The position numbers and the translations under genes are program-made. A stretch of DNA of 64,000 nucleotides from Methanothermococcus sp. SCGC AD-155-E23 (GTDB lineage Archaea > AGJL01 > Methanococci > Methanococcales > Methanococcaceae), in contig JAHEQA010000004.1 of the NCBI GenBank assembly GCA_019561615.1, positions 42,867-106,866 on the forward strand. Direction: 5' to 3'. Below, one piece after another: positions 32,165 to 42,399 of this stretch. The notes below the pieces were generated by a model. It searched no databases, was not told the DNA's origin, and saw only the letters and a list, made by a program, of their open reading frames with translations. How positions within the stretch are numbered: position 1 is the first letter of the stretch; each line of letters opens with the position of its first letter.

Positions 32165-33039
32165 ATATGTACCTCCTTTAACTTACTCTTGGCCTTCCTC
32201 TTAAGGTAGTAGTTACCTAGGATCCCTGTAATAAAGGGGAGGGGAGTACCTATATACAACAGTCCACTGAACATTGCAAGGAGTTTCTTGTAGAAGGGTA
32301 TATTTAACTCGTTTCTAAAGATGAAGGATTTAATAAGTTTCTTCTCAGACTCATAGACCACCTTATAACTCCAGAGTATTATATCCCAGAGAGGTGTGGG
32401 ACTACCTCCGTAGGTGGTTTTCCTATTTACTATAGCCTCATAGAGGTCATCCTTTGAGGTCCCCTGGAAGTATGTACGTCCATTACCTACCATCTTGGCC
32501 AGATGGGCATCACTACTACCTATGAAGGCAACTGGTTTCTTGTGGTAGTTCTTCATCACCTTCTCAAGGGCTATGTTGTTAATAATACTATCCCTGTGAT
32601 AGGCGTTAAATACCTCTACACCGTCTAGGTCCAGTTGAAATATCTTATCCCCCAGGGCCTTACATATGGGACTGTAGGGATGAGGAGCTATTGCCAAACC
32701 CCCCTGTTCATGGATAAGTTCTATAGTCTCCTCTGCAGAGAGACCCCTGGGAATCTCCTCATTTAAATACAACCCTATAACCTCCCCATCCCTAGTCATT
32801 ATCTCACTTCCAACAACTACCTCCACCCCAAACTCCTTCTCAAGTTTTTTAGTCTCCAAACCTCCCCTTATGGTGTTGTGATCTGTAATGGCTATAACAC
32901 TGAGGTTTCTCTTTTTGGCGTACTTCATAACATTCCTCGGTTCCTCTACAGAGTCTGGGAATTTCAACCCCATGTATCTCGTTATACCTGAATACTTTGT
33001 ATGGATGTGTAGATCCCCCTTTGAGTACTCCTTCTCCAT
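32161..33039 (-). CDS. PHP-domain metal-dependent phosphoesterase
   Basis: DLHIHT, ITDHN, APHP, SSDAH; hydrophobic C-terminus. Confidence 0.88.
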   Translation of the reverse strand: MEKEYSKGDLHIHTKYSGITRYMGLKFPDSVEEPRNVMKYAKKRNLSVIAITDHNTIRGGLETKKLEKEFGVEVVVGSEIMTRDGEVIGLYLNEEIPRGLSAEETIELIHEQGGLAIAPHPYSPICKALGDKIFQLDLDGVEVFNAYHRDSIINNIALEKVMKNYHKKPVAFIGSSDAHLAKMVGNGRTYFQGTSKDDLYEAIVNRKTTYGGSPTPLWDIILWSYKVVYESEKKLIKSFIFRNELNIPFYKKLLAMFSGLLYIGTPLPFITGILGNYYLKRKAKSKLKEVHI

Positions 33040-33049
33040 GATATCCCTC

Positions 33050-34573
33050 TTATTTAAATATACTTAGTACCTTGGGAATACACTCTATGAGATCTAGAGG
33101 GGTGTAGTAGTATCCCTTTTCACTTAGTAGCATATCCCCTGCATATCCATTGATATAGGCTCCACAGCATGCAGAGATAAACCCCTCGTTCCTGGAGTAG
33201 AGGGCTCCTACTATACCACAGAGTACATCTCCAGTACCCCCTACTGTCATCCCTGCATTACCAGTTTTGTTTATCTTTATCCTCTCGTTATTGAAGATGA
33301 GATCGTATCTACCCTTCAAGAGTATGGTGGATTTTACATCCTCCAGGGAGGTAGGGTCCTCTAGATTTATCCCCATGTATTCAAACTCCCTCCTATGGGG
33401 TGTAAATATAAAGTTCCCCTTGAACTCGAAATCCCTGTAGTCAATAAGTTTTATGGCATCTGCATCTATAACAACTCTCTTATCTCCAACCTCCTCTAGA
33501 TAACTATTTACAAACTCCCTACTCTCCTCATTCACCCCTAAGCCACTTCCCAGGATTACTACCTGGTGATCCCTGGAGAGCTTCAAAGCCTCCCCTATAC
33601 ATTCTACACTTAGGTAATCCCCCTCAACCTCATAGCCTATTAGATGTGGGTAATTTCTCAGGGCATCTATCACCGGTCTAACTGAGAAGACGGTGGTTAT
33701 ATCTACTATCTTTGAGGCTGCCAGGGCAGAGAGTACAGGTGCTCCGAAGTATCTCTTAGAGCCCCCTATTATCAGAACCTTTCCATTTTCACCTTTGTGG
33801 GAGTTTGGATCCCTAGTGGAGAGGGTATACATATCTCCCCAACCAACAAGGTAGTGGGCCACCTTGGGAATACCTATCCTCTTAACAACTACTCTATTAT
33901 CCACATTCTCTACCTTTCTCCTGTGGAAGGTTACAGTTAAGTCTCCCCTTAACCCCTTGGTCTCAACATCTACAGAGATTATCTTAATCTTTCCCCTATC
34001 TCTTAACCTGTTAAGGTTGTCTACTAAGGTTTTAAAGGGCTCCCTCAGTTCCCCCCTGATACCAGTTCCAAGGAGGGCGTCTATAACAACAACGTTATCT
34101 TTTTCATTGGACTCTATCTCCTTTACAACCTTCAATACATCCTCAAGACATGGCACCTCCCTAATCTCAAGTCTATAGTCCAACTGGGCTATACCCTTAA
34201 GTACCTTGAAGTTCTCCCTGGCCTCGTAGGTTTTTATAAACTCCTCCCTTCCAAGGAGTACAACTGTCAAGGTGTCTTCAAAACCACAGTAATCTGTTAG
34301 GTGACGAGCTGCAACAAACCCATCTCCCCCGTTATTTCCAAGACCACAGAAGATGTATACCCTATTTCTAGAGTCCTCCCTTAGATATTTTGAAACCTCC
34401 TCTGCAACTGATTTCCCAGCGTTCTCCATTAGGAGCATCCTTGGAATACCTAGGTACTCACAGTTACTATCTACTATATTCATCTCCTCTGGGGTGATGT
34501 AATCCCTACTCCTTTTACTGTAGTACTCCTTTAAGAGTTTGTGAAATATCTCCAGGTTAATCATAGGGATCAT
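33050..34573 (-). CDS. nnr: bifunctional NAD(P)H-hydrate epimerase/dehydratase
   Basis: LMENAG, GNNGGDG, SHKGENG, TPHRREF, GGTGDVL. Confidence 0.93.
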   Translation of the reverse strand: MIPMINLEIFHKLLKEYYSKRSRDYITPEEMNIVDSNCEYLGIPRMLLMENAGKSVAEEVSKYLREDSRNRVYIFCGLGNNGGDGFVAARHLTDYCGFEDTLTVVLLGREEFIKTYEARENFKVLKGIAQLDYRLEIREVPCLEDVLKVVKEIESNEKDNVVVIDALLGTGIRGELREPFKTLVDNLNRLRDRGKIKIISVDVETKGLRGDLTVTFHRRKVENVDNRVVVKRIGIPKVAHYLVGWGDMYTLSTRDPNSHKGENGKVLIIGGSKRYFGAPVLSALAASKIVDITTVFSVRPVIDALRNYPHLIGYEVEGDYLSVECIGEALKLSRDHQVVILGSGLGVNEESREFVNSYLEEVGDKRVVIDADAIKLIDYRDFEFKGNFIFTPHRREFEYMGINLEDPTSLEDVKSTILLKGRYDLIFNNERIKINKTGNAGMTVGGTGDVLCGIVGALYSRNEGFISACCGAYINGYAGDMLLSEKGYYYTPLDLIECIPKVLSIFK

Positions 34574-34597
34574 TCTCTTAATTTTTATAAAAAGTAT

Positions 34598-34972
34598 TTA
34601 ATCCCTGGGGGATCTATAATATCTCAGCAGGTCAAAGACTGATAGGGTACCCACTACTTCCCCCTCTCCATTAACTACGGGATAGGCTACAACCTCCCCC
34701 TCTACCATCTCCTCTATTAAGTCCTGGGAGATCTCTTCATCCTCCTTTAACACCTTTATTTCATCAATATAGAGCATAAGGTCCTCTAACTTAGAGTGTT
34801 TACATCCCACCATTAAGTCTAGAGCTCTAACCCATCCCTCAAGTTTTCCCTCCTCAACTACAGGGGCGTAACTCTTATTCCTTCTATACATCAACTCGAT
34901 AGCCTCCCCTCCAACCATATCTGGGGAGAGGACTAGAAAGTCCCTACTCATAACATCCCTTACCTTGGGCAT
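34598..34972 (-). CDS. CBS-domain protein
   Basis: KVRDVMSR, PVV..G.VVGTLS CBS pair. Confidence 0.85.
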   Translation of the reverse strand: MPKVRDVMSRDFLVLSPDMVGGEAIELMYRRNKSYAPVVEEGKLEGWVRALDLMVGCKHSKLEDLMLYIDEIKVLKEDEEISQDLIEEMVEGEVVAYPVVNGEGEVVGTLSVFDLLRYYRSPRD

Positions 34973-35008
34973 CTCTAACCCTCACTAGTGATTTATAGGG
35001 TGAGATCT

Positions 35009-35680
35009 TTGAAGGTGGCAGCACTTTACTCTGGAGGAAAGGATTCTGCATACGCCCTCTGGTGGGCACTACATCAAGGCTGGGAGGTTAAGTATCTAGT
35101 TAACGTGGTACCTGAGAACAGGGAGAGCTATATGTTCCACGTCCCCAACGTGGAATTGACAGAGTTGGTCTCCAAGAGTACAGGTATACCCCTTGTAAGG
35201 GTTTACACCAAGGGGGAGAAGGAGAAGGAGGTGCTAGATCTAAAGAGGGCCTTGAAAAAGTTGGATATCGATGGGGTGGTCAGTGGGGCTATTGCAAGTG
35301 AGTACCAGAGGAGAAGGATAGATCATATCTGTGAGGAGTTAGGTATAAGATCCTTTGCTCCACTCTGGCACAAGGATCAGGAGTTGATACTGAGAGATGC
35401 TGCCAAGTTCTTCCACTTTAAGATCGTCAGTGTATCGGCCTATGGCTTAGGTAGGGAGTACCTTGGAAAGACCATAGACGAGAGTAACCTCCAGGAGTTA
35501 ATAGAGGTTATGGAGAGGTACGGGATAAACAAGGCCTTTGAAGGTGGAGAGGCTGAGACCTTTGTCTTTGATGCACCTTACTTCAGGAAGAAGATCGTTG
35601 TAGTGGATTACGAGATCCTCTGGGATGGAAGGACAGGTGTCTACCTAGTCAAGGAGGCTAAACTAGTTGACAAGTATTAA
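35009..35680 (+). CDS. dph6: diphthine--ammonia ligase / ATP pyrophosphatase
   Basis: SGGKDS, SYMFH, EGGEAET; likely TTG start behind GGTGA (ORF track begins at 34988). Confidence 0.85.
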   Translation: MKVAALYSGGKDSAYALWWALHQGWEVKYLVNVVPENRESYMFHVPNVELTELVSKSTGIPLVRVYTKGEKEKEVLDLKRALKKLDIDGVVSGAIASEYQRRRIDHICEELGIRSFAPLWHKDQELILRDAAKFFHFKIVSVSAYGLGREYLGKTIDESNLQELIEVMERYGINKAFEGGEAETFVFDAPYFRKKIVVVDYEILWDGRTGVYLVKEAKLVDKY

Positions 35681-36000
35681 CATAGGGTTCTATAGGAGGC
35701 TGGAATATTCAGGGTACTGTTACAGTGGGGACATTGGATGGTAAGGTCCTTGAATCTAAAGTTTGCCTCAAAGGGTTTCTTACAGTAGGGGCACAGCCAT
35801 ATCCTCTTAGAGGTTTTTACACATTCCCCAACATCTCCAACTGTTGGATACCTTTCACAGGATCTATCACTGTCACCTCTCCTGTACTTAAAGAAGGACT
35901 TCACAGTGCTTAGATACAGCTCTACAGTGCTCTTACTTATACACTCCTTCCCCCCACATATGGGACAGGAGATACCTTTCTTCTTATCCTGGGTCTCCAT
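35677..36000 (-). CDS. Cys-rich Zn-finger hypothetical protein
   Basis: CPIC, CPYC, CPHC; GGAGG RBS before ATG 36000. Confidence 0.75.
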   Translation of the reverse strand: METQDKKKGISCPICGGKECISKSTVELYLSTVKSFFKYRRGDSDRSCERYPTVGDVGECVKTSKRIWLCPYCKKPFEANFRFKDLTIQCPHCNSTLNIPASYRTLC

Positions 36001-36074
36001 ACTATAACCTCCTGATTTAACTATCTTTAATATGTTTATCACTTTTTATAACAGTTGCCCTTTTTGGTGGAAGA

Positions 36075-36902
36075 ATGATCTACTGCCTAGGACCTAGGGG
36101 TAGTTACTCCGAGATAGCTGCCAAGGTATTCTCCAAGATCCTTGGGGAGAATAACATAGTATGTTGTAACTCCATATACGACGTCTTCCAGTATTTGGAG
36201 GGTAGTAAAGGTAACACCTATGGGGTAGTGCCCTCTGAGAACTCCATAGAGGGATCTGTATCCCTTACCCAGGATCTTCTCTTGGAGTTCTACCCCAAGA
36301 TCAGGATATACGGAGAGCTAGATATAAACATAAATCACTGCCTAGTTGGATACAACAGGGAGAAGATTAAGAGGGTGTACTCCCATCCCCAGGCACTTGC
36401 CCAGTGTAGAAAATATATAAAAAAATATGGCTGGGAGGTTGTGCCAGTATCCAGTACAGCCAAGGCTGTTAAGTTAGTTAGATCCATGGGAAGTGAAGAG
36501 GTAGGGGCAATTGCCTCCAAGGAGGCTGCCAGACTCTACAACCTGAAGATCCTCGAGGAGGGGATACAGGACTATAAAAACAACACCACAAGATTTATAC
36601 TCATTGGAAAAAAGGGGTTGAAGTTAAATTTGAAAGGGGAGGGGATGAAGAAATCCACAGTTATACTAAAACTTATAGAGGATAGACCTGGTGCCCTCTA
36701 CGAGATACTTAAGGTATTCAACGACTTCAAGGTCAATTTAACAAGGATAGAGTCCAGACCCTCAAAGGAGGAGTTGGGGAATTACATCTTCTATATAGAC
36801 TATATCACCCCTAAAAATGAAGGGGACCTTCTAAAAGAGTTAGAAAGGCACGTGGCCTATATAAAGCATCTAGGTTGTTACAGGGTCTTTAGCAAGAGCT
36901 GA
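36075..36902 (+). CDS. pheA: prephenate dehydratase
   Basis: LGPRGSYS, ENSIEG, SHPQALAQC, NTTRF, LTRIESRP. Confidence 0.95.
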   Translation: MIYCLGPRGSYSEIAAKVFSKILGENNIVCCNSIYDVFQYLEGSKGNTYGVVPSENSIEGSVSLTQDLLLEFYPKIRIYGELDININHCLVGYNREKIKRVYSHPQALAQCRKYIKKYGWEVVPVSSTAKAVKLVRSMGSEEVGAIASKEAARLYNLKILEEGIQDYKNNTTRFILIGKKGLKLNLKGEGMKKSTVILKLIEDRPGALYEILKVFNDFKVNLTRIESRPSKEELGNYIFYIDYITPKNEGDLLKELERHVAYIKHLGCYRVFSKS

Positions 36903-38217
36903 TCTCCTCAATTATTCTCTTAACCTCCTTTAACTTCTCCCTCATGATCTCCTGGGTGTCTCCCTCCAAGTTCAACCTTAGTAGAGGCTCGGTGTTGGAA
37001 GGTCTTATATTGAACCACCAACCTTCACCGTATACAGAGAGTCCATCTAACTCCTCTATTTTATAGTTTCTGTATATCTCCTTCAACTTCTCCAGTACCC
37101 TCTTTTGATCCTTTACCCTGAAGTTTATCTCACCACTGTGGTAGTACTTCCTGAACTCCTTCCATATACTTGAGAGAGGTTCCCCCCTCTCCTCCATGGT
37201 GGAGAGTATGTAGTTTAAGGCTATTAAGGGACTTTCAAAGTATCCAATCTCCTTAAAGTAAAAGTGATTGGAAAGTTCCCCTGCAAACTCCCCATCTATC
37301 TCCTGCATAAGCTTCTTTATAAAGTAGTGGCCTACCCTACTTTTCACAGGGATGCCTCCATACCTCTCTATCACCTCTGGAACAACCTTGCTACACCTTA
37401 GATCGTAAATTATCTTTGCACCCTTCTTTTCCCTTAGAATCTCCCTGGCTATTATGGCTGTGAGTATATCCCCTGGAAGGATATTACCCTTTTCATCTAC
37501 TATACCTATCCTGTCTCCATCTCCGTCGAAGACTATTCCAATATTACAGCTGTTCTCCCTTACAACTTTTATTATATCCTTTAAACAGGAGGCCTTCAAT
37601 GTGTCAGGCTGATGTGCTGGAAAGGTTCCATCTGGATAGTGGTTTATAAATACAGTATCCTCCAACCACTCCTCCAGTATCTCCTTCTCTACAAGGGAGG
37701 TGCTACCGTGGGCAAAGTCAACTGCCACCACAATATCGTAGGATCTAAATCTCTTTAAAAAGAACCTCTTATAATCTGAGGAGATGTCAACCTTCAACTC
37801 CTCTAAATCTATCTCTTCAACCTCTTTCCTCTGGGAATCCTCTAATCTCTCTTTTTTAAATATAGGTGCTATCTCCTCTACAGGAGATATAGGGAGGGCT
37901 TTTCTGTCACACATCTTAAAACCTGTATACTCTGGCGGGTTGTGGGAGGCAGTTAATATCACCCCCAAGTCGTACCTATCCCTTGTACCAAAGTACATGA
38001 GAGGTGTAGATATGGTGCCTCCATAGGATACCTTACCTCCAGCCTCCATTATACCATAGATAAATGGTTTCAGTAACTCCCTTGAACCTATTCTAACGTC
38101 GTTAGCAACTAGTATGTTCTTATACCTCTCTCCAAGGATCCTACCTAGGGAGTATGCAAAGTCCTCATCTAGTTCCTCCCTATATATGCCTCTTATATCA
38201 TAGGCTTTAAATACCAA
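36889..38217 (-). CDS. phosphomannomutase/phosphoglucomutase
   Basis: FKAYDIRG, TASHNP, FDGDGDR, RPSNTEP. Confidence 0.92.
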   Translation of the reverse strand: MVFKAYDIRGIYREELDEDFAYSLGRILGERYKNILVANDVRIGSRELLKPFIYGIMEAGGKVSYGGTISTPLMYFGTRDRYDLGVILTASHNPPEYTGFKMCDRKALPISPVEEIAPIFKKERLEDSQRKEVEEIDLEELKVDISSDYKRFFLKRFRSYDIVVAVDFAHGSTSLVEKEILEEWLEDTVFINHYPDGTFPAHQPDTLKASCLKDIIKVVRENSCNIGIVFDGDGDRIGIVDEKGNILPGDILTAIIAREILREKKGAKIIYDLRCSKVVPEVIERYGGIPVKSRVGHYFIKKLMQEIDGEFAGELSNHFYFKEIGYFESPLIALNYILSTMEERGEPLSSIWKEFRKYYHSGEINFRVKDQKRVLEKLKEIYRNYKIEELDGLSVYGEGWWFNIRPSNTEPLLRLNLEGDTQEIMREKLKEVKRIIEEISSC

Positions 38218-38284
38218 GGTCTCACCTAGGTTAACTTGTTAGTACTATTTTTATTTTTATTACTTTTATAGTAAAAGGGATAAC

Positions 38285-39442
38285 ATGCTAAAAACTGAAA
38301 ACCTCTCTGTGGGCTATGGTAACTATGTGGTAGTAGAAGGAATAAATCTAGAGATAAAAGAGGGAGAGATACTTTGTATAATAGGTCCTAACGGAGCTGG
38401 AAAATCTACACTTCTAAAAACTATAGCCACCTACTTAAAACCTAAGGGAGGAGTTGTCTATTTAAATGGTAGAAATATTCACAGGTTATCCCCTAAGGAG
38501 ATTGCAAGGGAGATGGCAGTAGTGCTCACTGAGCGAGTTAACCCAGGTAATCTAACAGGTTATGACGTTGTTGCCATAGGGAGACATCCCTATACAGATC
38601 TATTTGGAAGGTTAAGTGAAAGGGATAGGGAGATAATAGAACATGCTGCCAAATCTGTAAATGCAACCCACCTGTTAAATAAGAACTTCTTTGAGATGAG
38701 TGATGGGGAGAGGCAGAAGATAATGATAGCAAGGGCCCTTGCCCAAGAGCCCAAGGTGCTCATATTAGATGAACCTACAAGCTTCCTAGATGCAAAACAC
38801 AAGATAGAGTTGACTATTTTACTTAGAAAACTTGCCACAGAGAACAACTTGGCAATAGTGGTTACACTACATGATATAGAGTTGGCCCTGAGGATAGCAG
38901 ATAAGATGGCCCTTATTAAAGATGGTAGGATTATAGCCTACGGATGTCCAGAGGATGTTATGAGGAGGGAGGTTGTAAACAACCTCTACGATTTGAAAAG
39001 TGCCAACTACAGTGAGGTACTGGGATACTTTGAGTTGAAGTCCTCTGGAGACAGAGGTAAGGTATTTCTTATATGTGGAGGGGGCACAGGTGCCAATGTA
39101 ATGAGATTCCTTGTTAAAAATGGATACAGGATGACAGTAGGGGTACTTCACAAAAACGATATTGATTACACCATTGCTGAAACCATGGAATTGGATATAG
39201 TGGAGGAGGAACCCTACAACCCTATATCCCAGGAGAGTTATGAAAGGGCTTTAAAGGAGATTAAGAACTGTGACGTTGTTATATATACTGAATTTCCCCT
39301 TGGAGAGATAAACAGGTTGAATAGGAAACTTGTAGAGGAGAGTATAAGACTTGGTAAGTGTGTGATAAAGTATGAGGGGAGTATAGAGAGGTTAAAGGAG
39401 AGGTTAGGTGAGATAGAGGGGAGGTTTCACTATAAGAAATGA
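38285..39442 (+). CDS. ABC transporter ATP-binding protein (iron-chelate/cobalamin family) with C-terminal extension
   Basis: GPNGAGKST, MSDGERQK, LDEPT, LHD motifs. Confidence 0.9.
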   Translation: MLKTENLSVGYGNYVVVEGINLEIKEGEILCIIGPNGAGKSTLLKTIATYLKPKGGVVYLNGRNIHRLSPKEIAREMAVVLTERVNPGNLTGYDVVAIGRHPYTDLFGRLSERDREIIEHAAKSVNATHLLNKNFFEMSDGERQKIMIARALAQEPKVLILDEPTSFLDAKHKIELTILLRKLATENNLAIVVTLHDIELALRIADKMALIKDGRIIAYGCPEDVMRREVVNNLYDLKSANYSEVLGYFELKSSGDRGKVFLICGGGTGANVMRFLVKNGYRMTVGVLHKNDIDYTIAETMELDIVEEEPYNPISQESYERALKEIKNCDVVIYTEFPLGEINRLNRKLVEESIRLGKCVIKYEGSIERLKERLGEIEGRFHYKK

Positions 39443-39785
39443 GGTTTATATTATAAGAAAAAATTGTGGGGTCTTGGAAGGGGGTGCGAAATGCGGAAGT
39501 TGTCAAGGAAGAGTCCCGGGAAAATCTCGAGGTTGACCTTCGTAGGTGGACGAAATCCGCACCTTAAGAGGGATTTTGTGACGGATTTCGCACCTGGGGT
39601 TCAGGTATTCACTATAAGAAAATGGGATAGGGGGTGCGGAATGCGTCCCGGGGTATATATACCCTGGGACGCAGGTATATATATGGAATTGGGATTTTGG
39701 GAAGGTGGGTAGGAAAAAATCCGGGGAAAATCTTTGAGGGGGTGCGGATTTCGCACCGGGGGTTCAACTTTTCATTATAAGAAAA
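39421..39785. repeat. structured intergenic repeat array: four TTCAYTATAAGAAA-type direct repeats, five GGTGCG..CGCACC palindrome copies, one 32-bp near-perfect palindrome
   Basis: Direct repeats at ~39426, 39446, 39608, 39771; palindrome copies at ~39483, 39545, 39578, 39633, 39741; TGCGTCCCGGGGTATATATACCCTGGGACGCA at 39642-39673. Confidence 0.85.
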
Positions 39786-39801
39786 CAGAGGTTGAGATAC
39801 T

Positions 39802-40674
39802 ATGAAAATAGGGGTAGTAAGTGAAAGTAGGGACTGGGTTATTTCCCAGTTGGAGAGGGTCATGAGGGACCTTAACATCACCCCGGTCCATATTAAGCCC
39901 TCTGGTATCACATCCTACACTGGTGTAGATATAAAATTTGAATACAGGGGAAGGAACATTCTAGATCTTGATGCCCTCTTCCTCAGAGACCTAGGTGATA
40001 CAAACAACTACTACAGATACGATGTCTTTAAGTATATTGAACATTACATGCCAGTTATAAATCCCCCTGAGGCGTTGGAGAACTGTGGAAATAAGTTTAA
40101 AACCTCTGTACTTTTAGATCTTCACAAGGTACCCCATCCCAGGACCCTTATAACCGAGGATATAGATAAGGCTATGGCATGGATAGAGAGGTTTGAAGAC
40201 TGTGTCTTAAAACCTATATTTGGTAACGGTGGAGAGGGTATATACAGGTTAAAAAATAAACCCCTTACAACTAAGTTAAATCTCCTAAAGGAGTATAAAA
40301 GGAGATATGGGGTGATATATCTCCAAGAGTTTATAGATTCACCTGGGGAGGAGTACAGGGATATTAGGGCCTTTGTTGTAGGGGATAAGGTTGTTGCCTC
40401 TATGTATCGTATCTCCAACAACTGGATAACAAATATACGTCAAAATGGAAGGGCTGAGAGTTGTGAGATTACCCCTGAGATAGAGAGTATAGCGTTGAAG
40501 GCCAAAAGAGCCCTGGGAATAACCTACGGTGGTGTGGATATTATAGAGGACAGGGATGGAAGTTTAAAGGTGTTGGAGGTAAATGGAGCACCCTCCTGGG
40601 AGGCCCTCTCAAGGGTTTCCAAGGTAGATATAACTAGATGCTTAGTGGAACATATAGTAAATACTATAAGTTAA
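39802..40674 (+). CDS. mptN: tetrahydromethanopterin:alpha-L-glutamate ligase (RimK-family ATP-grasp)
   Basis: VINPP, LKPIFG.GGEG, YLQEFI, DIRAFVV, LEVN.APSW; closely resembles Methanococcales MptN as I recall it. Confidence 0.8.
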   Translation: MKIGVVSESRDWVISQLERVMRDLNITPVHIKPSGITSYTGVDIKFEYRGRNILDLDALFLRDLGDTNNYYRYDVFKYIEHYMPVINPPEALENCGNKFKTSVLLDLHKVPHPRTLITEDIDKAMAWIERFEDCVLKPIFGNGGEGIYRLKNKPLTTKLNLLKEYKRRYGVIYLQEFIDSPGEEYRDIRAFVVGDKVVASMYRISNNWITNIRQNGRAESCEITPEIESIALKAKRALGITYGGVDIIEDRDGSLKVLEVNGAPSWEALSRVSKVDITRCLVEHIVNTIS

Positions 40675-41918
40675 GTTCCCTCCCTCCAGTCACTTAAGTA
40701 TTTCTCCTGCTCTGGGGTTAACTTATCGATTTCAACACCCATGGACTTTAACTTTAAGGAGGCTATCCTTAGATCCTGTTCATAGGGTATGTTGTACACC
40801 TTATTCTCCAACTTCTTGTAATTCTCCTTAAGGAACTTGGCACTTAGTGCCTGGTTTGCAAAACTCATATCCATAACTTCACAGGGATGTCCGTCTCCAC
40901 ATGCCAGGTTGACTAACCTACCCTCCCCAAGGAGGTAGAGCTTTTTATCACCTAAATCGTACTCCTCTATATTTTCCCTCACCTTCCTAACAGACTTTGA
41001 GATCCTTCTAAGATCTTCCTTACTGATCTCGTTGTCAAAGTGCCCTGCATTTGCTAGGATGGCCCCGTCCTTCATAACCAGCATATGTTCAGCCCTTATT
41101 ACATCCTTACATCCAGTTGTGGTAATGAAGATATCCCCTATCTTGGCAGCCTCCTCCATCTTCATAACCCTGTAACCATCCATCTTAGCCTCTAGAGCCC
41201 TTATGGGATTAACCTCAGTTACAATAACATTTGCACCCATGCCAGCAGCCCTCATTGCAACCCCCTTACCACACCAGCCATAACCAGCTACCACTACATT
41301 CTTTCCAGCGATTAAGAGGTTTGTAGTTCTTATAATCCCATCTATAACACTTTGCCCTGTTCCATACCTGTTGTCAAAGAGGTGTTTTGTATAGGCGTCA
41401 TTTACATTTATCACAGGAAACTTTAACACACCCTCCTTAGCCATGGCCTTTAGCCTTATAATCCCAGTTGTAGTCTCCTCACAAGCTCCCATTACCTTAT
41501 CTAGAAGTTCCTGTCTCTCCCTATGAAGTAGAAATATAAGATCTGCACCGTCGTCTATAACTATATCAGGCTCATGATCCAGTACCCTGTGTAGGTTTTC
41601 ATAGTACTCCTCCCTGGTCTCCCCCCTCCAGGCGTATACATTCATCCCCCTCTTTACACAGGCGGCAGCTACATCGTCCTGGGTAGATAGGGGATTACAT
41701 CCAGTGATGGCAATCTCTGCCCCTCCCTCCATCAAGGTCTCAGCTAGTACAGCAGTTTTTGCCTCTAGATGTAGCGCCATCCCTATGGTAAGTCCTTTAA
41801 AGGGTTTCTCAGTTTTAAACTCCTCCCTTATAATATTCAATACTGGCATATGTCTCCTGGCCCACTCTATCTTTAACTCCCCCTGGGGATATAGGTTTAT
41901 ATCTTTGATTTTACTCAT
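40671..41918 (-). CDS. ahcY: adenosylhomocysteinase / S-inosylhomocysteine hydrolase
   Basis: [36 protein letters not shown]. Confidence 0.96.
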   Translation of the reverse strand: MSKIKDINLYPQGELKIEWARRHMPVLNIIREEFKTEKPFKGLTIGMALHLEAKTAVLAETLMEGGAEIAITGCNPLSTQDDVAAACVKRGMNVYAWRGETREEYYENLHRVLDHEPDIVIDDGADLIFLLHRERQELLDKVMGACEETTTGIIRLKAMAKEGVLKFPVINVNDAYTKHLFDNRYGTGQSVIDGIIRTTNLLIAGKNVVVAGYGWCGKGVAMRAAGMGANVIVTEVNPIRALEAKMDGYRVMKMEEAAKIGDIFITTTGCKDVIRAEHMLVMKDGAILANAGHFDNEISKEDLRRISKSVRKVRENIEEYDLGDKKLYLLGEGRLVNLACGDGHPCEVMDMSFANQALSAKFLKENYKKLENKVYNIPYEQDLRIASLKLKSMGVEIDKLTPEQEKYLSDWREGT

Positions 41919-41926
41919 CCTTTCAC

Positions 41927-42325
41927 CTATCTGTTTAATACCTGGTTAAGTACCTTGACAATATCCTTTGAACTGATAACACCAACTATCTTGTCCTCTC
42001 TAAACTCAGATACCACGTATAGGTGGTGTATCCTGTTCTCCACCATGATGGCGGCAGCCCTCTCTAGAGGTGTTAGGGGATCTACGGTGATGATGTTAGT
42101 AACCATAATATCCTCAGCCTTTAACTTCTCTATATCCCCAGTATAGTGTTTTAGTATATCTAGAGTTGTGATAATTCCCCAGTAGACGCCCTCCTTGTCT
42201 GTTACCACCACAGAGGATATGTTGTTCTCAGCCATGATCTTTACTACCTCCCTTAGAGGGGTATCTAGAAGTACCTCGTAGATTCCCCTACTCATCACAT
42301 CCCTGACAACATACTTTGATATCAC
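41927..42325 (-). CDS. CBS-domain protein
   Basis: CBS pair; likely GTG start behind GGTGA (ORF track begins at 42382). Confidence 0.85.
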   Translation of the reverse strand: MISKYVVRDVMSRGIYEVLLDTPLREVVKIMAENNISSVVVTDKEGVYWGIITTLDILKHYTGDIEKLKAEDIMVTNIITVDPLTPLERAAAIMVENRIHHLYVVSEFREDKIVGVISSKDIVKVLNQVLNR

Positions 42326-42399
42326 TTTATCACCTTTTGACCCTCTAATTATTATTTTAAAAATCCTCATTATTAAAAGCATTTAAGACATGGGATCCT

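Noticed and set aside
39421-39785. Possible CRISPR array or integron attC array
   Set aside because: Repeats are only about 14 nt with irregular spacing (about 20, 160 and 160 nt) and structured interiors; no cas or intI gene; no convincing RYYYAAC/GTTRRRY pairing
39464-39911. ORFs 39464-39712 (+) and 39612-39911 (-) across the repeat island
   Set aside because: TTG or overlapping starts, atypical codon use and no motifs; best explained as by-products of GC-rich repeats
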